Shown here piece after piece: positions 28,500 to 39,390 of a DNA stretch of 64,000 bases (position 1 is the stretch's first letter; each line of letters begins with the position of its first letter). The notes under the pieces are model-generated. The model saw only the letters and a program-made list of their open reading frames with translations. It was not told the DNA's origin and did no database searches. This DNA comes from a virus. The stretch covers positions 11,892 to 75,891 of IMG/VR virus record IMGVR_UViG_3300032307_000117. One strand, given 5' to 3'. A program made the position numbers and the translations under genes.

Positions 28500-29612
28500 T
28501 TATGAAGCGTCTGCTCCAGCATCTGCGAACGCAATGGCGTCTTCCTCTTCGAACTGAATACCGAAACGTACGAATACGGTGTACTCAATTGTGTCCTTCT
28601 TTGCAACGTACTCACGGTTTACAACGATGTCACGCTGGAAACCCCAAACACGGTTAGCTGGGAAGGTTAGGTCAACATAACCATCTGGGTAGTAAGGAAC
28701 TTCCTGAACGTCGATGCCAAGAACACGAGTGGTACGTGCAGTACCAAGTGTCTGAGCAGCTCCGTCTAGGTAAGACTGACGGTTTCTTTCGGTTCCGCCA
28801 GTAGCTGGTGAAAATGCTTCAGCAATTGCGTCTGCAAGTGTACCATTGTTCTTTACGATACCCTGGAATGCATCGGTACCTGCGTAGAACTTTAGGTTGT
28901 TCTTGATCGCACGGTACTTACGAGGCATTGCCAAGATGATGTTCTGCATTACGTCTGGAGTCCATGCATTGTTGGCTACTGTTACAACAGCCTCGTGTGC
29001 ATCTCCAGTAACGGTCTTGTTAACAAAACCGTTCATGATTGAAAGGAATGCATCTGGGCCAGTTCCTGTTCCGTTGATCGCTAGATCTTCGATGTCATTA
29101 GCAAAAGCGTTTGTCATCAAACGGACTAGGTGGTCCTCAAGTGCACCTCCTTCAATATTGTCTTCTAGTGCTTCAGCAGAAACTTCCCAGTCCAAGCGAA
29201 TCTTCTTGGTGGTTAGCTCTACCTTTGAGAATGTTGCACCAGTGTTTGTGTATGTTGCATCAGCCTGGGCTGCAGCACGGATAACACGCTCACCGACGTT
29301 AACCTTCTCTAGTTCCATTGTGTTGGCTCGCATAGTTACACGACGACCGTCTTTGGCGAGAACTGTAGCATCCCACACGTAGTCAATAAAACGACGTGCC
29401 TGTTCAGGGCGTAGGATACCGCTTGCTGCATCACCCGAAGGATTTACGGCATTTGGACCACTTGTAACACCAAATTCGGCTGTTGGGATGTTGCCTAGGG
29501 TGTTTAGCCCTGGATCAGTTACCCCTCCAACACCTCCAGACGCAAATGCACCTTCGCCGTTTACTTCGTTAGCGCCAGCTCCTGGATAGTTTTTCTTAAT
29601 CTCTTCCGACAT
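28500..29612 (-). CDS. Major capsid protein (HK97 fold)
   Basis: Start reassigned to ATG 29612 (SD AGGAGGTG); GILRPEQARRFID, EALEDNIEG, FANDIEDLAING. Confidence 0.92.
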   Translation of the reverse strand: MSEEIKKNYPGAGANEVNGEGAFASGGVGGVTDPGLNTLGNIPTAEFGVTSGPNAVNPSGDAASGILRPEQARRFIDYVWDATVLAKDGRRVTMRANTMELEKVNVGERVIRAAAQADATYTNTGATFSKVELTTKKIRLDWEVSAEALEDNIEGGALEDHLVRLMTNAFANDIEDLAINGTGTGPDAFLSIMNGFVNKTVTGDAHEAVVTVANNAWTPDVMQNIILAMPRKYRAIKNNLKFYAGTDAFQGIVKNNGTLADAIAEAFSPATGGTERNRQSYLDGAAQTLGTARTTRVLGIDVQEVPYYPDGYVDLTFPANRVWGFQRDIVVNREYVAKKDTIEYTVFVRFGIQFEEEDAIAFADAGADAS

Positions 29613-29637
29613 ATTGTCACCTCCTAAGTGAATTTTC

Positions 29638-30264
29638 TTATCTAAATAGATCGGCAGTTTTGAGGAAACGTCCGCCCCATAGGGATTTTTCAACCGTTTC
29701 AGGTTGATTCTGTACAATCTCGCCTAGATCGCCAGACTTACGGAAAGCGGTGTCTGCCTCAACAGCATCAATCCTCTTTCCAAACTCATTAAAGTCGCTT
29801 TCTGCATCTGCAAGTTTTGCATTTGCTAGATCAAGTGACTTCTTTAGCTCAGCAATTTCGTCACCAAGTGACTTTACTACTGATGTTAGATCGCTAAAGG
29901 CTGTTGTGATACCGTCACGAATTTCAGCAACTGCTGCTGTAACGACATCCTCTGACTTAGATACCTCTTCGGTTGACTCAGATTTTTCTACAGCAGGCTC
30001 TACAGAAGCGGAGTCTTCCGACTTCTCCTTGTAGTTGCCCTTCATAGCGTCTTCTTCATCTTCTTCATCGTCTTCATCGTCCATGCCTTCGGAGCCAGCA
30101 GCAGGGCCACCAGCAGTAGCTGACTTTTCAGCATCTACTTCTTCAGACTTTTCGACATTCAACTCGGCAGCGGTATCTGCCTCTGGAGCGACCTGTGTTT
30201 CTTCAACTGCTGGAGCTTCTGCTACTGGAGCTTCTGCTGCCACGTTTTCTGTTGCGTCAGTCAT
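29638..30264 (-). CDS. Internal in-frame scaffold protein
   Basis: TAAGGAGGT SD 7 nt before an internal in-frame ATG (MTDATEN). Confidence 0.7.
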   Translation of the reverse strand: MTDATENVAAEAPVAEAPAVEETQVAPEADTAAELNVEKSEEVDAEKSATAGGPAAGSEGMDDEDDEEDEEDAMKGNYKEKSEDSASVEPAVEKSESTEEVSKSEDVVTAAVAEIRDGITTAFSDLTSVVKSLGDEIAELKKSLDLANAKLADAESDFNEFGKRIDAVEADTAFRKSGDLGEIVQNQPETVEKSLWGGRFLKTADLFR

Positions 30265-31023
30265 AGGACTTACCTCCTTAATTATCTTAGAAGTATTAAT
30301 GCCTTTAGCACTATCAACTAAGAACTTTATCATTTCTGGTTTTTCTGTATCCGTCTTTTCAACGAAACCTATGTTTTGCATTTCTATGCCAGAGGTGGGA
30401 CTTACCTCTGTTTCGTTTTCGGATAGTAGGACCATGCCAGCTTCGGCATCCCAGAAAACATTTTCAATTACGGTATCTGCATTTGCACCCTGAACGGTGT
30501 CTACACCATCTACCTTCTGAACAGACAAAATACTAGCAAACTGATTTGCTGGATTGTCTACAAGTGAAAGCTCTACAAGGTCGTATTCTTTGATAATGCG
30601 AACCTTGGATTCCATCTTCTCATCGTAAGCGTCATCCCACTTGTTCATTCTACCGCCGATTGAAAAACCAGTGTATGTTCCATCTAAAACTTTTTCCCAA
30701 GCATCCTGGGCACCCTTAGAAATATAAGTAGATACGTAAACACCAGAATAAAACTTCTTTGTCTCTGGGTCAAAGTACTTGTCTTCCTTAAACGATAGCA
30801 TCTTGCCAACAGCAATTGGTTGGTGCATTTCACGGATGTTGCCACGGAATTTTGCAAAAGCCTTCATGCTTGCTTCTGCTGTGACAATGTCAGCCTGCTT
30901 GTCTACGTTATCGAGTGTTGCAAATCCAGAGACAATACGTCTCTCAACGTCCACTTTACTGAACGGCATGGATAGGCGAACATTCTCGCCCTCTGTGTCC
31001 CAATGGGCTTTTGCAATAGTCAT
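29638..31023 (-). CDS. Prohead protease fused to scaffold
   Basis: IREMHQ, GFSIGG, LVELSLVDNPAN (HK97-type protease) followed by an acidic coiled-coil tail. Confidence 0.9.
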   Translation of the reverse strand: MTIAKAHWDTEGENVRLSMPFSKVDVERRIVSGFATLDNVDKQADIVTAEASMKAFAKFRGNIREMHQPIAVGKMLSFKEDKYFDPETKKFYSGVYVSTYISKGAQDAWEKVLDGTYTGFSIGGRMNKWDDAYDEKMESKVRIIKEYDLVELSLVDNPANQFASILSVQKVDGVDTVQGANADTVIENVFWDAEAGMVLLSENETEVSPTSGIEMQNIGFVEKTDTEKPEMIKFLVDSAKGINTSKIIKEVSPMTDATENVAAEAPVAEAPAVEETQVAPEADTAAELNVEKSEEVDAEKSATAGGPAAGSEGMDDEDDEEDEEDAMKGNYKEKSEDSASVEPAVEKSESTEEVSKSEDVVTAAVAEIRDGITTAFSDLTSVVKSLGDEIAELKKSLDLANAKLADAESDFNEFGKRIDAVEADTAFRKSGDLGEIVQNQPETVEKSLWGGRFLKTADLFR

Positions 31024-31076
31024 ACTACTCCAATTATAGGGCCTTTTTGTAATGATTGTTAAAAACCTACAAAAAA

Positions 31077-32669
31077 CTACTCAGCTGCTCTACCCTCACC
31101 CTGTGGATTTCTACCACTTAGGGTTGTTGGGCTATCAGAAGCGTTGTTAGACCTTTCGGTGTCCCTTGCTCTATTTCCTGAGAGATCCGCCCTAGTATCC
31201 GCAGCCTGCCGTGGTGACATTACAAATGGCATGTCTCCGTCTGGCCTCTGTGGCAAACCAAGAACCTGTCTGGCTTCGTTAGGAACCATAACTTGGGTCT
31301 TTACGTATCTTTCAAGAATCTGGGACTGAGCAATTTCATCAGTCAGGGTTAGCTCGTTAAACTTAAGCTCTAGGATGTCAGTCTTTTCACGAATAATCTT
31401 ATTAAGAACCTTCTCTAGATTCCTCTGAGCTGGTCTTGCCACCTGCTCTTTAAATGTACGATCCTGGGCAAGGGCAGATGCGATGTTTGAAGAATCCCCT
31501 CCACCAATCTTAGATAGCGGAACCTGGTGTGCAATAAGAATGTCGTCTCTGTTTTGCTTGCGGTATTCCTTGAAGGAAGCTTCCTGAACACCGTTCTCAA
31601 TTGGCTCCATTTTAAACTCAACCTTATTAGTCTCTGTATCTCCTGGTAGCGGAACGTAGAGGGTTCTGTGGGACTGACCCTTTAGATTTGTCTGAAGGAA
31701 TCTAAATAACTTATCTTCTGCCTCGTCAGATAGTCTTGCACCCTTTAGGGTTACGACGTATCTAGGAACAGCCTTATTTCCAAAGTAATCAATGTTGTAT
31801 TGTGATGCTAGCTGGTCTCCATGCAAAGATCCAATTGCAGCCATAATGTCTGGAATACCATAGAAAGTATTTAGTGGAGAATACTGCTTAAAGTGAATGA
31901 TCTCGTTTGGTCTTGGATCATCAGTCATTGGGTTTACGTTAGTTGCCCCGAAATTTCTAAAGTAGACAACCCTGTGACCAATCATCTGGACATAGCCATC
32001 ACGAAGTCTACGGACTCTCATGGTTGTTGCTGGAATGTGCCCCAGGTATCCAATCTGGCCATTTACGGTTCTACCAATTTCTAGGTATCCATTTCCAGTT
32101 GCCTGAACATCTGTGTAAACCTTTGTCATAACGTTTGTAAAGGACTCGTCATCATTAAGGGTTTCTATCCAGTCCCGCATCTCAATTTTTGCTCGTTCAA
32201 TTCTGTTTCTTGCCCTAGCCCTCTGCTCTTCATTAGCAGACTCAAGCTTCATCATAGTCCTATCAGAAACGTGGAAGTCATAACCAAGTCCAACGATATT
32301 TTCCACCTTTGCATCAATGGCTGCGTGGTTGGCAAAAGATGTGTCATAGTAGTTTGCAAGCTCATAAAGATTCCATGGCGGGGTAATGACATCAAACAAG
32401 CCATATCCGTTGTGGTAAACAACTCCAGGGTTAATCTCCTTAGATCTTGCACCGTCTCTACCAGCATTTACAGCAAGGGCATTCCCAAGGTATTGGTCGG
32501 TTGCATCAACCTTTGCAATCCTGTTGGTTTTTCTTTTAAAGTTATTGCTAATTCCAGAGAACTTCTTTAGCTCTTCCCAAGGCTTGTTAAAGGGGTCTTG
32601 CCTTTTAAAGGTGTCATCTTCTGGTAATAGGTCATCTGTTTTTAGCAGAATTCTCTGGATTTCATCCAT
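31077..32669 (-). CDS. Portal protein
   Basis: TGNGYLEI, EIIHFKQYSP..FYGIPD, YFGNKAVP, VMVPNEARQVLGLP. Confidence 0.93.
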   Translation of the reverse strand: MDEIQRILLKTDDLLPEDDTFKRQDPFNKPWEELKKFSGISNNFKRKTNRIAKVDATDQYLGNALAVNAGRDGARSKEINPGVVYHNGYGLFDVITPPWNLYELANYYDTSFANHAAIDAKVENIVGLGYDFHVSDRTMMKLESANEEQRARARNRIERAKIEMRDWIETLNDDESFTNVMTKVYTDVQATGNGYLEIGRTVNGQIGYLGHIPATTMRVRRLRDGYVQMIGHRVVYFRNFGATNVNPMTDDPRPNEIIHFKQYSPLNTFYGIPDIMAAIGSLHGDQLASQYNIDYFGNKAVPRYVVTLKGARLSDEAEDKLFRFLQTNLKGQSHRTLYVPLPGDTETNKVEFKMEPIENGVQEASFKEYRKQNRDDILIAHQVPLSKIGGGDSSNIASALAQDRTFKEQVARPAQRNLEKVLNKIIREKTDILELKFNELTLTDEIAQSQILERYVKTQVMVPNEARQVLGLPQRPDGDMPFVMSPRQAADTRADLSGNRARDTERSNNASDSPTTLSGRNPQGEGRAAE

Positions 32670-33049
32670 TATTCATCACTTCCATAAGCATCGAAGGTTT
32701 TCTTTGCAGCTATCAAAGCACCAATGTCATTCTCGGATGGGATTAGACCTTGGTTCATTCTATCTGCCTGCTCGCTATACTGCTCATCAGATATCTTTGA
32801 GCTTCCTTCGAAGTAATACTCTTTTCCATCTGGTTCGCCATAATAGGCTGCAGCTGCTCTAAGCTCAGCAATCTTAGACTCATCACCTTTGCGAGAATTG
32901 ATGCTAAGAACGTTACCCTGGCCATCAGTAAACCATTTGCCATTAGCTTTTTTCCAAACGTAAACGCCGAATCCAGTAAAAGATTCGTTTACGATCTGTA
33001 CTTTTGTGTCACCAACTTGACCAGGAAATCGTGGTTTTTGCCTTTTCAT
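32669..33049 (-). CDS. Hypothetical protein upstream of portal
   Basis: Leaderless ATG 7 nt after TGGTATACT; coupled to the portal gene. Confidence 0.75.
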   Translation of the reverse strand: MKRQKPRFPGQVGDTKVQIVNESFTGFGVYVWKKANGKWFTDGQGNVLSINSRKGDESKIAELRAAAAYYGEPDGKEYYFEGSSKISDEQYSEQADRMNQGLIPSENDIGALIAAKKTFDAYGSDE

Positions 33050-33067
33050 AACCACCAGTATACCACA

Positions 33068-36000
33068 TTATGCTGGGTCTGTCACGCTAGACTCTAAAAG
33101 AACGTTTCTAAGGACGTTGTATTGATAGTTTTTGAGCCTAAAAGTATTAGAGGTGTTTGTATCTACCTTTAAATCGTCCACAATTATCTTATTTGTTCCA
33201 GTGTAAGCCTTGTAAATGTTAGAGGCATTCAGACCAAGGAAGCTGGCAGACGAGATAACAAGAACATCGTTCCAGGTAAAGGAGTCTAGCCAGTATTCCC
33301 AGGTTCTATCTAGTGGATCAGTTGTGCTGGACTTAACTCTTAGCCATGGCCTAGACACGGTCACCTGGACCTCCTGGAGGCTTGTAGACTGATAATAGGA
33401 TACATTGTTGATAAGAACATCCCCCGTAATTCTAAAGGCTCCCTGGTAGTTCTTAAAGTCGATGGTTTGAGAGAAGCTAATCCCTAGCATAGCCCATTCA
33501 TCTACAGAGATCATAGGGTTCTTGGCAGCATTTCCATTTACATAAAATACTATTCCGTCCTCTACCATTCCAGTATTTGCATTTATAGCGTAGATTCTTC
33601 CACGTTTTCTGTCTGGTTGAGAAGAAACAACGTAGAACTTTATATATGTGCTCCTACCCTGTATCTCAAAGATTTCTCTAGCTTGCTCAGGAAATAGGCC
33701 CTGATTCTGTAGAATAGCCAATTGAGCTGCAATAATTCTATAGTTTGTAGCAAGGTTTTCGTTTATCGGAATAGATAGCCCTCTACTTACTCCAGGCTCT
33801 TCTGGACCCCTAAGCTGAATACCGCTGTTTTTTGTCAGGTATAGGTAGGGTGTGCTGCCCTTGTAAATACTAATTGGATTTCTTTCCTTGTAAGAAAAAT
33901 ATACGCCATATTTCTTGTATGGAAACATCTTTGCTCCAAATCTTGTACCAATCGGATTTGGGGAGACCTCATTAAATGACTGAGAGGCAAGCTGTAGCTT
34001 TTTGATTTTTACTGGCTGTGTCAAAATACCTTCGCTTTGCAGCTCTATGTGAACGACAATTTGTAGGTCATTAAAGTTTATGCCACTTGGCATATAAATG
34101 ACTGAATTGTCTACAACCTCATACTTTGTATTAAATATGCTTGAGTCTGGAATAACTATCCCATCGGCTGGCAACAATCTGGTATTTGTAAAAGACTTAA
34201 ATGGTGCATTTGGAGACTGAAGATATTGGAATGTTATGTAGGTCTTTACCAATGCGTCGGATGTGTCATAGTATTGCTGTCCCTCTAGCTCTACCGTTTT
34301 TGTCACGGCTGGGTAATTAATATTGAGCTGAATAAAGTCTAGGTCGTAATAGCTGTCACCATTAACATCTGTGACAAATTTTGCAAAGTATGTAAGTGGC
34401 AGGTAATCTTCCCAATAAGAGTCAGTAGCTATATCTAGGATTAGCTTGTTAAATATTATTTTAGGAACCAGAGTATAGCTTGCTGTATGAGCATCAGTGC
34501 TTATTACAGATCCAGACTCGTAAGATCCTCCGTCTGTTATTGTTGGCCATTCAGTAGTGTTGTAGCTACCGCCATCAAGATCTGTTAGCTCATTAAATGG
34601 GTCTCCGAAATCGTTAAAAATATCGTTATAGGGAATAAGGCCATTGTCATTAAAGGCATCGTATATCTTATCTAAGTTTCTTTCCGAACAAATAGCGACC
34701 TTATAGATCTTGCCGCTGAAAGTATTTGTAAGGTCTTTATTGCCACCAACGTATAGTTTTAGCCCATCCTTGTTACCAAAGAATGACAATAGGTTGCCGC
34801 CTACTGACTCTGCAAACCGTTTTATGTCAAAGCCTACGGAAAACTCTGTGCCCTCAACATACTGGTTTGATGTTGTAAGAATATTCTGCTCTGCACCCTG
34901 TCCAAATTTTAGCTTGTATACAACTTCTCTATCTACGAGACTTACTGTCAGGTAATTATTTGTTAGCTCATTTACTAGCTGTAGCAGTACCTGTTCAGAT
35001 GGGGATGCTTCCATAAACTTGAATATGCCATATACTGCTTTTGGATCTTGACCTATTAGATTTAGGCTAGGGAACAATATGTGACCCTGTGAGCTATCCC
35101 AGTCTGAATCTGGCCTAAGGCTTATAAATGTCTTTAGGTCATCTTGGGCAGCTAGGCAATCTGCGTACCAGTCACTACTAGGGTTATTTCTAAATACTAT
35201 TTCTGGCAACGAGTAAGATGGGGAAGACAGTGTGTTGTTTTGTACAGAAACGTTCTCCTGAACTCCCTGACTCCATCTACCAATATCTGGATACAAATAG
35301 TTATTTGCATAATCTGCAAATGGATAATCTATAAATACAGATGTTCCACTATATGCGGTGTTAATGTTTTCTGGAAATTCCACACCCTGGCCATACACCC
35401 ACCTTCTTTTAGCAACAATTGCTGGAACAGAATATGGGTAAAGAGCCACACAGTCTATTTCTATTGGGTCTACGTCATCATATGCATAGAATCCTAACCA
35501 GTCTTGGCTTCTTCCAAACTCGTCAAATTCTTTTGGTAGCTGTAGATTGGCAGTATCTACGTCAAGGAATAGAACTTCTTCTCCGTTTATCATAAGGCTG
35601 GCAGAATTATTAAGAACTCTAATATTAATAAGCATTGGCCTAAACCATTCCCCGACAAAGTGCGAAGAAAATGCATCTCCAACCTTCAGAGTTATAAACG
35701 GCCCATCTACATAAAGTCCATCTGTAGATGCTATTGGTCCAAAGATTCTTTTATTTTCTGTAGTATTGGAGTTTAGTCTTAGCCACATCTCCATGGTATA
35801 TTCTTTATATTGACCAACATCATTCAAGAATCCAGATCCAGGAATTATTAAGGATGGACCGTCTGGATTTGGGGAAATCTTTGTAACGCTAGATGCCCCA
35901 TAAACCAATGGTACACCAGAGTTTTTTGCAAACAAAAAGTTATCTTTTGCTAAATAGTATCCAGGCAGATCCTGCAATCCATAAGCCCTTGCTTCAATTC

Positions 36001-36655
36001 CATGACTCATAGACAGAGCAATATTCTTGTCCGATAAGTCTTCTAAGTCTACCCCCAAAGAGCTTGTGCTAAAGTTCTCTGACCACTGCCCTAGAGTTAA
36101 TCCATTTATCAAAAACGGATACTCTGTAATTTCTGGGGTCGCTTCATATTTAAGCTTAAGAATTATTCTTATTCCCTCAGTGGTTTCTGGGATTTCAAAG
36201 GTCTCTGATAAAAATATCCAGCGATTAAATATGCTGCTAACAAAGCTCTTTGTTTGTGTAACTGTATCTAGTGTATCTGGATCTGTATACTCGTATCCAA
36301 GCTCAAAGCCACTGACTAGCGGAGTTTCTGGATATACGTATACCCCAATAGAAAATGTGCCAAGATCCTGATTCATTTGTGGTACTGGGAATCCCTCGTT
36401 TTTAAAGCATACCACTTCTGGATCTGCGGGAGACCCAATAACCCTGCTTACAACACTATTAATAAAAGGCTCGTCAGAAATTGTTTCTGGTCCAGTCGCC
36501 TCTCCATTAACAATGCCCCATTCGGTTTCATTAAAAAACTGGCGGTCTTGCTCGTTAATAAAAGACACAAAATCTGCCTTGTCATCTAGAGACCATAAAG
36601 CCGTAGGATGCTCTGCGAACACCTTTTCAGCATAGAGGTTTGATGGAGATGACAT
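33068..36655 (-). CDS. Large virion protein with LamG/concanavalin-like domains
   Basis: HPTALWSLDD, YTMEMWLR, IDCVALYPY LamG-type signatures. Confidence 0.7.
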   Translation of the reverse strand: MSSPSNLYAEKVFAEHPTALWSLDDKADFVSFINEQDRQFFNETEWGIVNGEATGPETISDEPFINSVVSRVIGSPADPEVVCFKNEGFPVPQMNQDLGTFSIGVYVYPETPLVSGFELGYEYTDPDTLDTVTQTKSFVSSIFNRWIFLSETFEIPETTEGIRIILKLKYEATPEITEYPFLINGLTLGQWSENFSTSSLGVDLEDLSDKNIALSMSHGIEARAYGLQDLPGYYLAKDNFLFAKNSGVPLVYGASSVTKISPNPDGPSLIIPGSGFLNDVGQYKEYTMEMWLRLNSNTTENKRIFGPIASTDGLYVDGPFITLKVGDAFSSHFVGEWFRPMLINIRVLNNSASLMINGEEVLFLDVDTANLQLPKEFDEFGRSQDWLGFYAYDDVDPIEIDCVALYPYSVPAIVAKRRWVYGQGVEFPENINTAYSGTSVFIDYPFADYANNYLYPDIGRWSQGVQENVSVQNNTLSSPSYSLPEIVFRNNPSSDWYADCLAAQDDLKTFISLRPDSDWDSSQGHILFPSLNLIGQDPKAVYGIFKFMEASPSEQVLLQLVNELTNNYLTVSLVDREVVYKLKFGQGAEQNILTTSNQYVEGTEFSVGFDIKRFAESVGGNLLSFFGNKDGLKLYVGGNKDLTNTFSGKIYKVAICSERNLDKIYDAFNDNGLIPYNDIFNDFGDPFNELTDLDGGSYNTTEWPTITDGGSYESGSVISTDAHTASYTLVPKIIFNKLILDIATDSYWEDYLPLTYFAKFVTDVNGDSYYDLDFIQLNINYPAVTKTVELEGQQYYDTSDALVKTYITFQYLQSPNAPFKSFTNTRLLPADGIVIPDSSIFNTKYEVVDNSVIYMPSGINFNDLQIVVHIELQSEGILTQPVKIKKLQLASQSFNEVSPNPIGTRFGAKMFPYKKYGVYFSYKERNPISIYKGSTPYLYLTKNSGIQLRGPEEPGVSRGLSIPINENLATNYRIIAAQLAILQNQGLFPEQAREIFEIQGRSTYIKFYVVSSQPDRKRGRIYAINANTGMVEDGIVFYVNGNAAKNPMISVDEWAMLGISFSQTIDFKNYQGAFRITGDVLINNVSYYQSTSLQEVQVTVSRPWLRVKSSTTDPLDRTWEYWLDSFTWNDVLVISSASFLGLNASNIYKAYTGTNKIIVDDLKVDTNTSNTFRLKNYQYNVLRNVLLESSVTDPA

Positions 36656-36695
36656 ATTCCTAGTTTACCATATCTGCAGTTAATTAATTAAGGTT

Positions 36696-38036
36696 TTACA
36701 CTTTTACGATTGTATCCGATAAAACAACATCGCTTGTTGGTCTTCCGCCTGGGTCTCCGCCAAACAGGGACGGAGGGCTACCTTCCAAAAAAGTGGCATC
36801 TGATATTGTAAGCGATCCATTAGATTCTGAAAATGATCCAGCAACAACAGTAAAAGTCTGCCCCTCCATCTTATAAGATCCTAAAACTGAACCGTCTGTT
36901 GGCAATGACAAAAGCATGTGTCTTTTGTTTCCAAGATAAGGAAAGGCAGTTGATTGAAGAAGAATTAGGCTGTCTTTTGGAAGCCTTGAGTCTACAGTTT
37001 GCAAGTTACTAGAAGTAATAGATGCAAGTCTTTGCAATTGCAATGCCCCAGAACTGTTGTACTTTACAAAAAACATAGCGCTTCCAGATGCTCCAGTTAC
37101 ATAGCAGTTAGACGATGAGTCTACGTGAATTTTATCAAAGCCATATATGTTGGGTCCAAAAAGATTTTTTTGCCAAAGGATGTCCCCCGCTGGACTTAAT
37201 TTTACTACAATTGCTTTGGATGGGCTTCCATTTATTCCAGGGTCTGAAATTAGAAGATAAATATTATTCGAGGGGTCTGTAGCAGTACTAACTGGCATAA
37301 TTCTAGAGCCTGCAGGAGAAACTATTAGCTTTTGCCATTGTAGCGTTCCAGAAGAGTTATACTTTGCAATAAGACCTCCCTCTGCCCAACCACTGCCCAA
37401 AAAATTTCTTTGCCTAGCTGCTGGAATAATAATGTTTCCAGAGCTATCTATCGTAGGTGGAACTCCAGCAAAAATACCATCCGCAGATTCGGTACCATTT
37501 CCATCTATTACAGAGTTGTTTCTCAGCATTCTTTGAAACAAAACGCTTCCAGAATTATTTAATTTAGAAAGAACCATGGCGTTTGGAGACTGAAAACCGC
37601 TAAAAATCATGTATCTATTTTCTGAAGAATCTAGGCAGTGACCACCCCAAAATCCAGATCCATAAATTATCCTCCACTGCTCTACCCCAGAAGAGTCTCT
37701 CCTAGAAATATATGGGCTACTAGAGTTTCTAATGTTTGCTGTGTATATGTTTCCAGAACTAGAAACATTAAATGCGTTTTGATAGAACCACTCTTCTTCA
37801 AGAGCTACTCTGTCAAAAACCTTTGAGAACAAGATTGTTCCACCACTATTATATTTTCTTAAAGATGTTTTAGAGGTATTTCTGTACCATCCACCAACAT
37901 AAATATTTCCAGAGGAATCGGCATCAAAGGATTTAATTATAGATTCTTCGACTGGGGAGCCTGGTGATCCTATCAATAGAAACCAGTGCTCTGGATTCCT
38001 TTCTCCTTCTTTAACTACTCCGATTGGGATTCTCAA
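36696..38036 (-). CDS. Beta-propeller receptor-binding protein
   Basis: Repeats of DSSGNIY...KYNSSG.LQWQ. Confidence 0.7.
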   Translation of the reverse strand: MRIPIGVVKEGERNPEHWFLLIGSPGSPVEESIIKSFDADSSGNIYVGGWYRNTSKTSLRKYNSGGTILFSKVFDRVALEEEWFYQNAFNVSSSGNIYTANIRNSSSPYISRRDSSGVEQWRIIYGSGFWGGHCLDSSENRYMIFSGFQSPNAMVLSKLNNSGSVLFQRMLRNNSVIDGNGTESADGIFAGVPPTIDSSGNIIIPAARQRNFLGSGWAEGGLIAKYNSSGTLQWQKLIVSPAGSRIMPVSTATDPSNNIYLLISDPGINGSPSKAIVVKLSPAGDILWQKNLFGPNIYGFDKIHVDSSSNCYVTGASGSAMFFVKYNSSGALQLQRLASITSSNLQTVDSRLPKDSLILLQSTAFPYLGNKRHMLLSLPTDGSVLGSYKMEGQTFTVVAGSFSESNGSLTISDATFLEGSPPSLFGGDPGGRPTSDVVLSDTIVKV

Positions 38037-38038
38037 GA

Positions 38039-38701
38039 CTAGCCTCCGATATCCCCAACAAAATAGTAAACGCCATCTAGCTTAACCAGAGTTGCAGCGG
38101 CATATTGAGAAAAAGTAGCAAGCTTTCCATCCCTAGAATTAATCGTAAGTCCACTGCCAGCAACGGTAATTTTGCCATCTCCAGACTGAATGAAGGTCAC
38201 AGATTGTCCATTTTGCAAAACATCTGGAACTGTTATTGTGATATCAAAAGCTCCAGATCCAATTATAGTGTTTGCATCTGTTGCCTGTAGAGTATACGAG
38301 GTAGTCTTGCTTGTTGTAGTTGTTTCTAGCTGAGTGCTGCTTATGGATATGGAAGACTGATTTATAGATACCGTTTCGCTTTGGGCATCATAAGCTAGTG
38401 GGCTTGTTGCATTAGTTACCCCAGAGGGTCCGTCATCACCTTTTATACCAGTGTCACCTTTTGGTCCTGCTGGACCTGCTGGCCCCAGTGGTCCAACTGG
38501 GCCCTGTGGTCCAACTGGGCCCTGTGGTCCTGGAACACCTTCGGCTACATAGGGAAGGTCTACCCACTCGGTTGCTCCATCTCCAACTTTTAGATTGGTA
38601 GTGTCTGACTCAAATCCAATTTCACCATCTTCCAGTATTGGATTTGCGGTTTCCCACTGAGCCGCCGTACCACGCCTCTGTCTAGTTCTAACGAAAGTCA
38701 T
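38039..38701 (-). CDS. Fibre protein: Mtd_N-type anchor, collagen, adaptor domain
   Basis: QRRGTAAQW...[14 protein letters not shown]; Gly-X-Y repeats; ends YFVGDIG. Confidence 0.8.
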   Translation of the reverse strand: MTFVRTRQRRGTAAQWETANPILEDGEIGFESDTTNLKVGDGATEWVDLPYVAEGVPGPQGPVGPQGPVGPLGPAGPAGPKGDTGIKGDDGPSGVTNATSPLAYDAQSETVSINQSSISISSTQLETTTTSKTTSYTLQATDANTIIGSGAFDITITVPDVLQNGQSVTFIQSGDGKITVAGSGLTINSRDGKLATFSQYAAATLVKLDGVYYFVGDIGG

Positions 38702-38713
38702 ATATTTCTCCTA

Positions 38714-39373
38714 TTAATCCAGATCGCCAAATAAAAAGTAGCTGCCATTTGCTTTTGCTACAGATGCTCCAGCATATTGCATTTTTGTTTTTGGTGAAGT
38801 AGCCTTTGTATTCAGGGTGATGCCTTGTCCTGTAAACGTTATCTTTTCCGTGCCAGTTTGAATAAAAGTAACCATGTCACCGTCCTGCAGAACATCTGGA
38901 ACTGTCACAGTCAATGCTAGTGTCGATGATCCTATAAAAGAGTTGGCATCAGATGCCTGCAGTGTATATGTTGACTGCTTTGTGCTCGTCAAAGACGATA
39001 CCCGTGATTCGTTTACTGTGATTGCAGATTGATTAAGGGATAACGCTTTTGTTGTTGAATTGTAAAGAATTGGTGGTTCTACATTTACCGAGCCTGAGTC
39101 TCCGATAGGCCCCTCGTCTCCAATTGGACCTTTTATGCCAACAGGTCCTAGTGGTCCACTTGGTCCCGCTGGACCCTCTGGTCCTAACGAACCAGTTTCT
39201 CCTGGCACTGCGCCACCAACATATGTAAGATTATTCCAGGCTGTTCTGCCATCTCCAAGCTTTAATTTTTTGGTGTCTGTTTCTATGCCTAGCTCACCAG
39301 ACTCTAAAACTGGATTAGTAACGGCCCATTGGGGTGCTGTTCCCCTTCTTTGCAGTAGTCTGCTAAGTGCCAT
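38714..39373 (-). CDS. Fibre protein, paralog of 38039..38701
   Basis: Same architecture; ends YFLFGDLD. Confidence 0.8.
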   Translation of the reverse strand: MALSRLLQRRGTAPQWAVTNPVLESGELGIETDTKKLKLGDGRTAWNNLTYVGGAVPGETGSLGPEGPAGPSGPLGPVGIKGPIGDEGPIGDSGSVNVEPPILYNSTTKALSLNQSAITVNESRVSSLTSTKQSTYTLQASDANSFIGSSTLALTVTVPDVLQDGDMVTFIQTGTEKITFTGQGITLNTKATSPKTKMQYAGASVAKANGSYFLFGDLD

Positions 39374-39390
39374 GAAAAATCCTAATCAGT

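Noticed and set aside
29613-29717. Extended N-terminus of the major capsid ORF
   Set aside because: Overlaps the protease gene; a strong SD supports ATG 29612.
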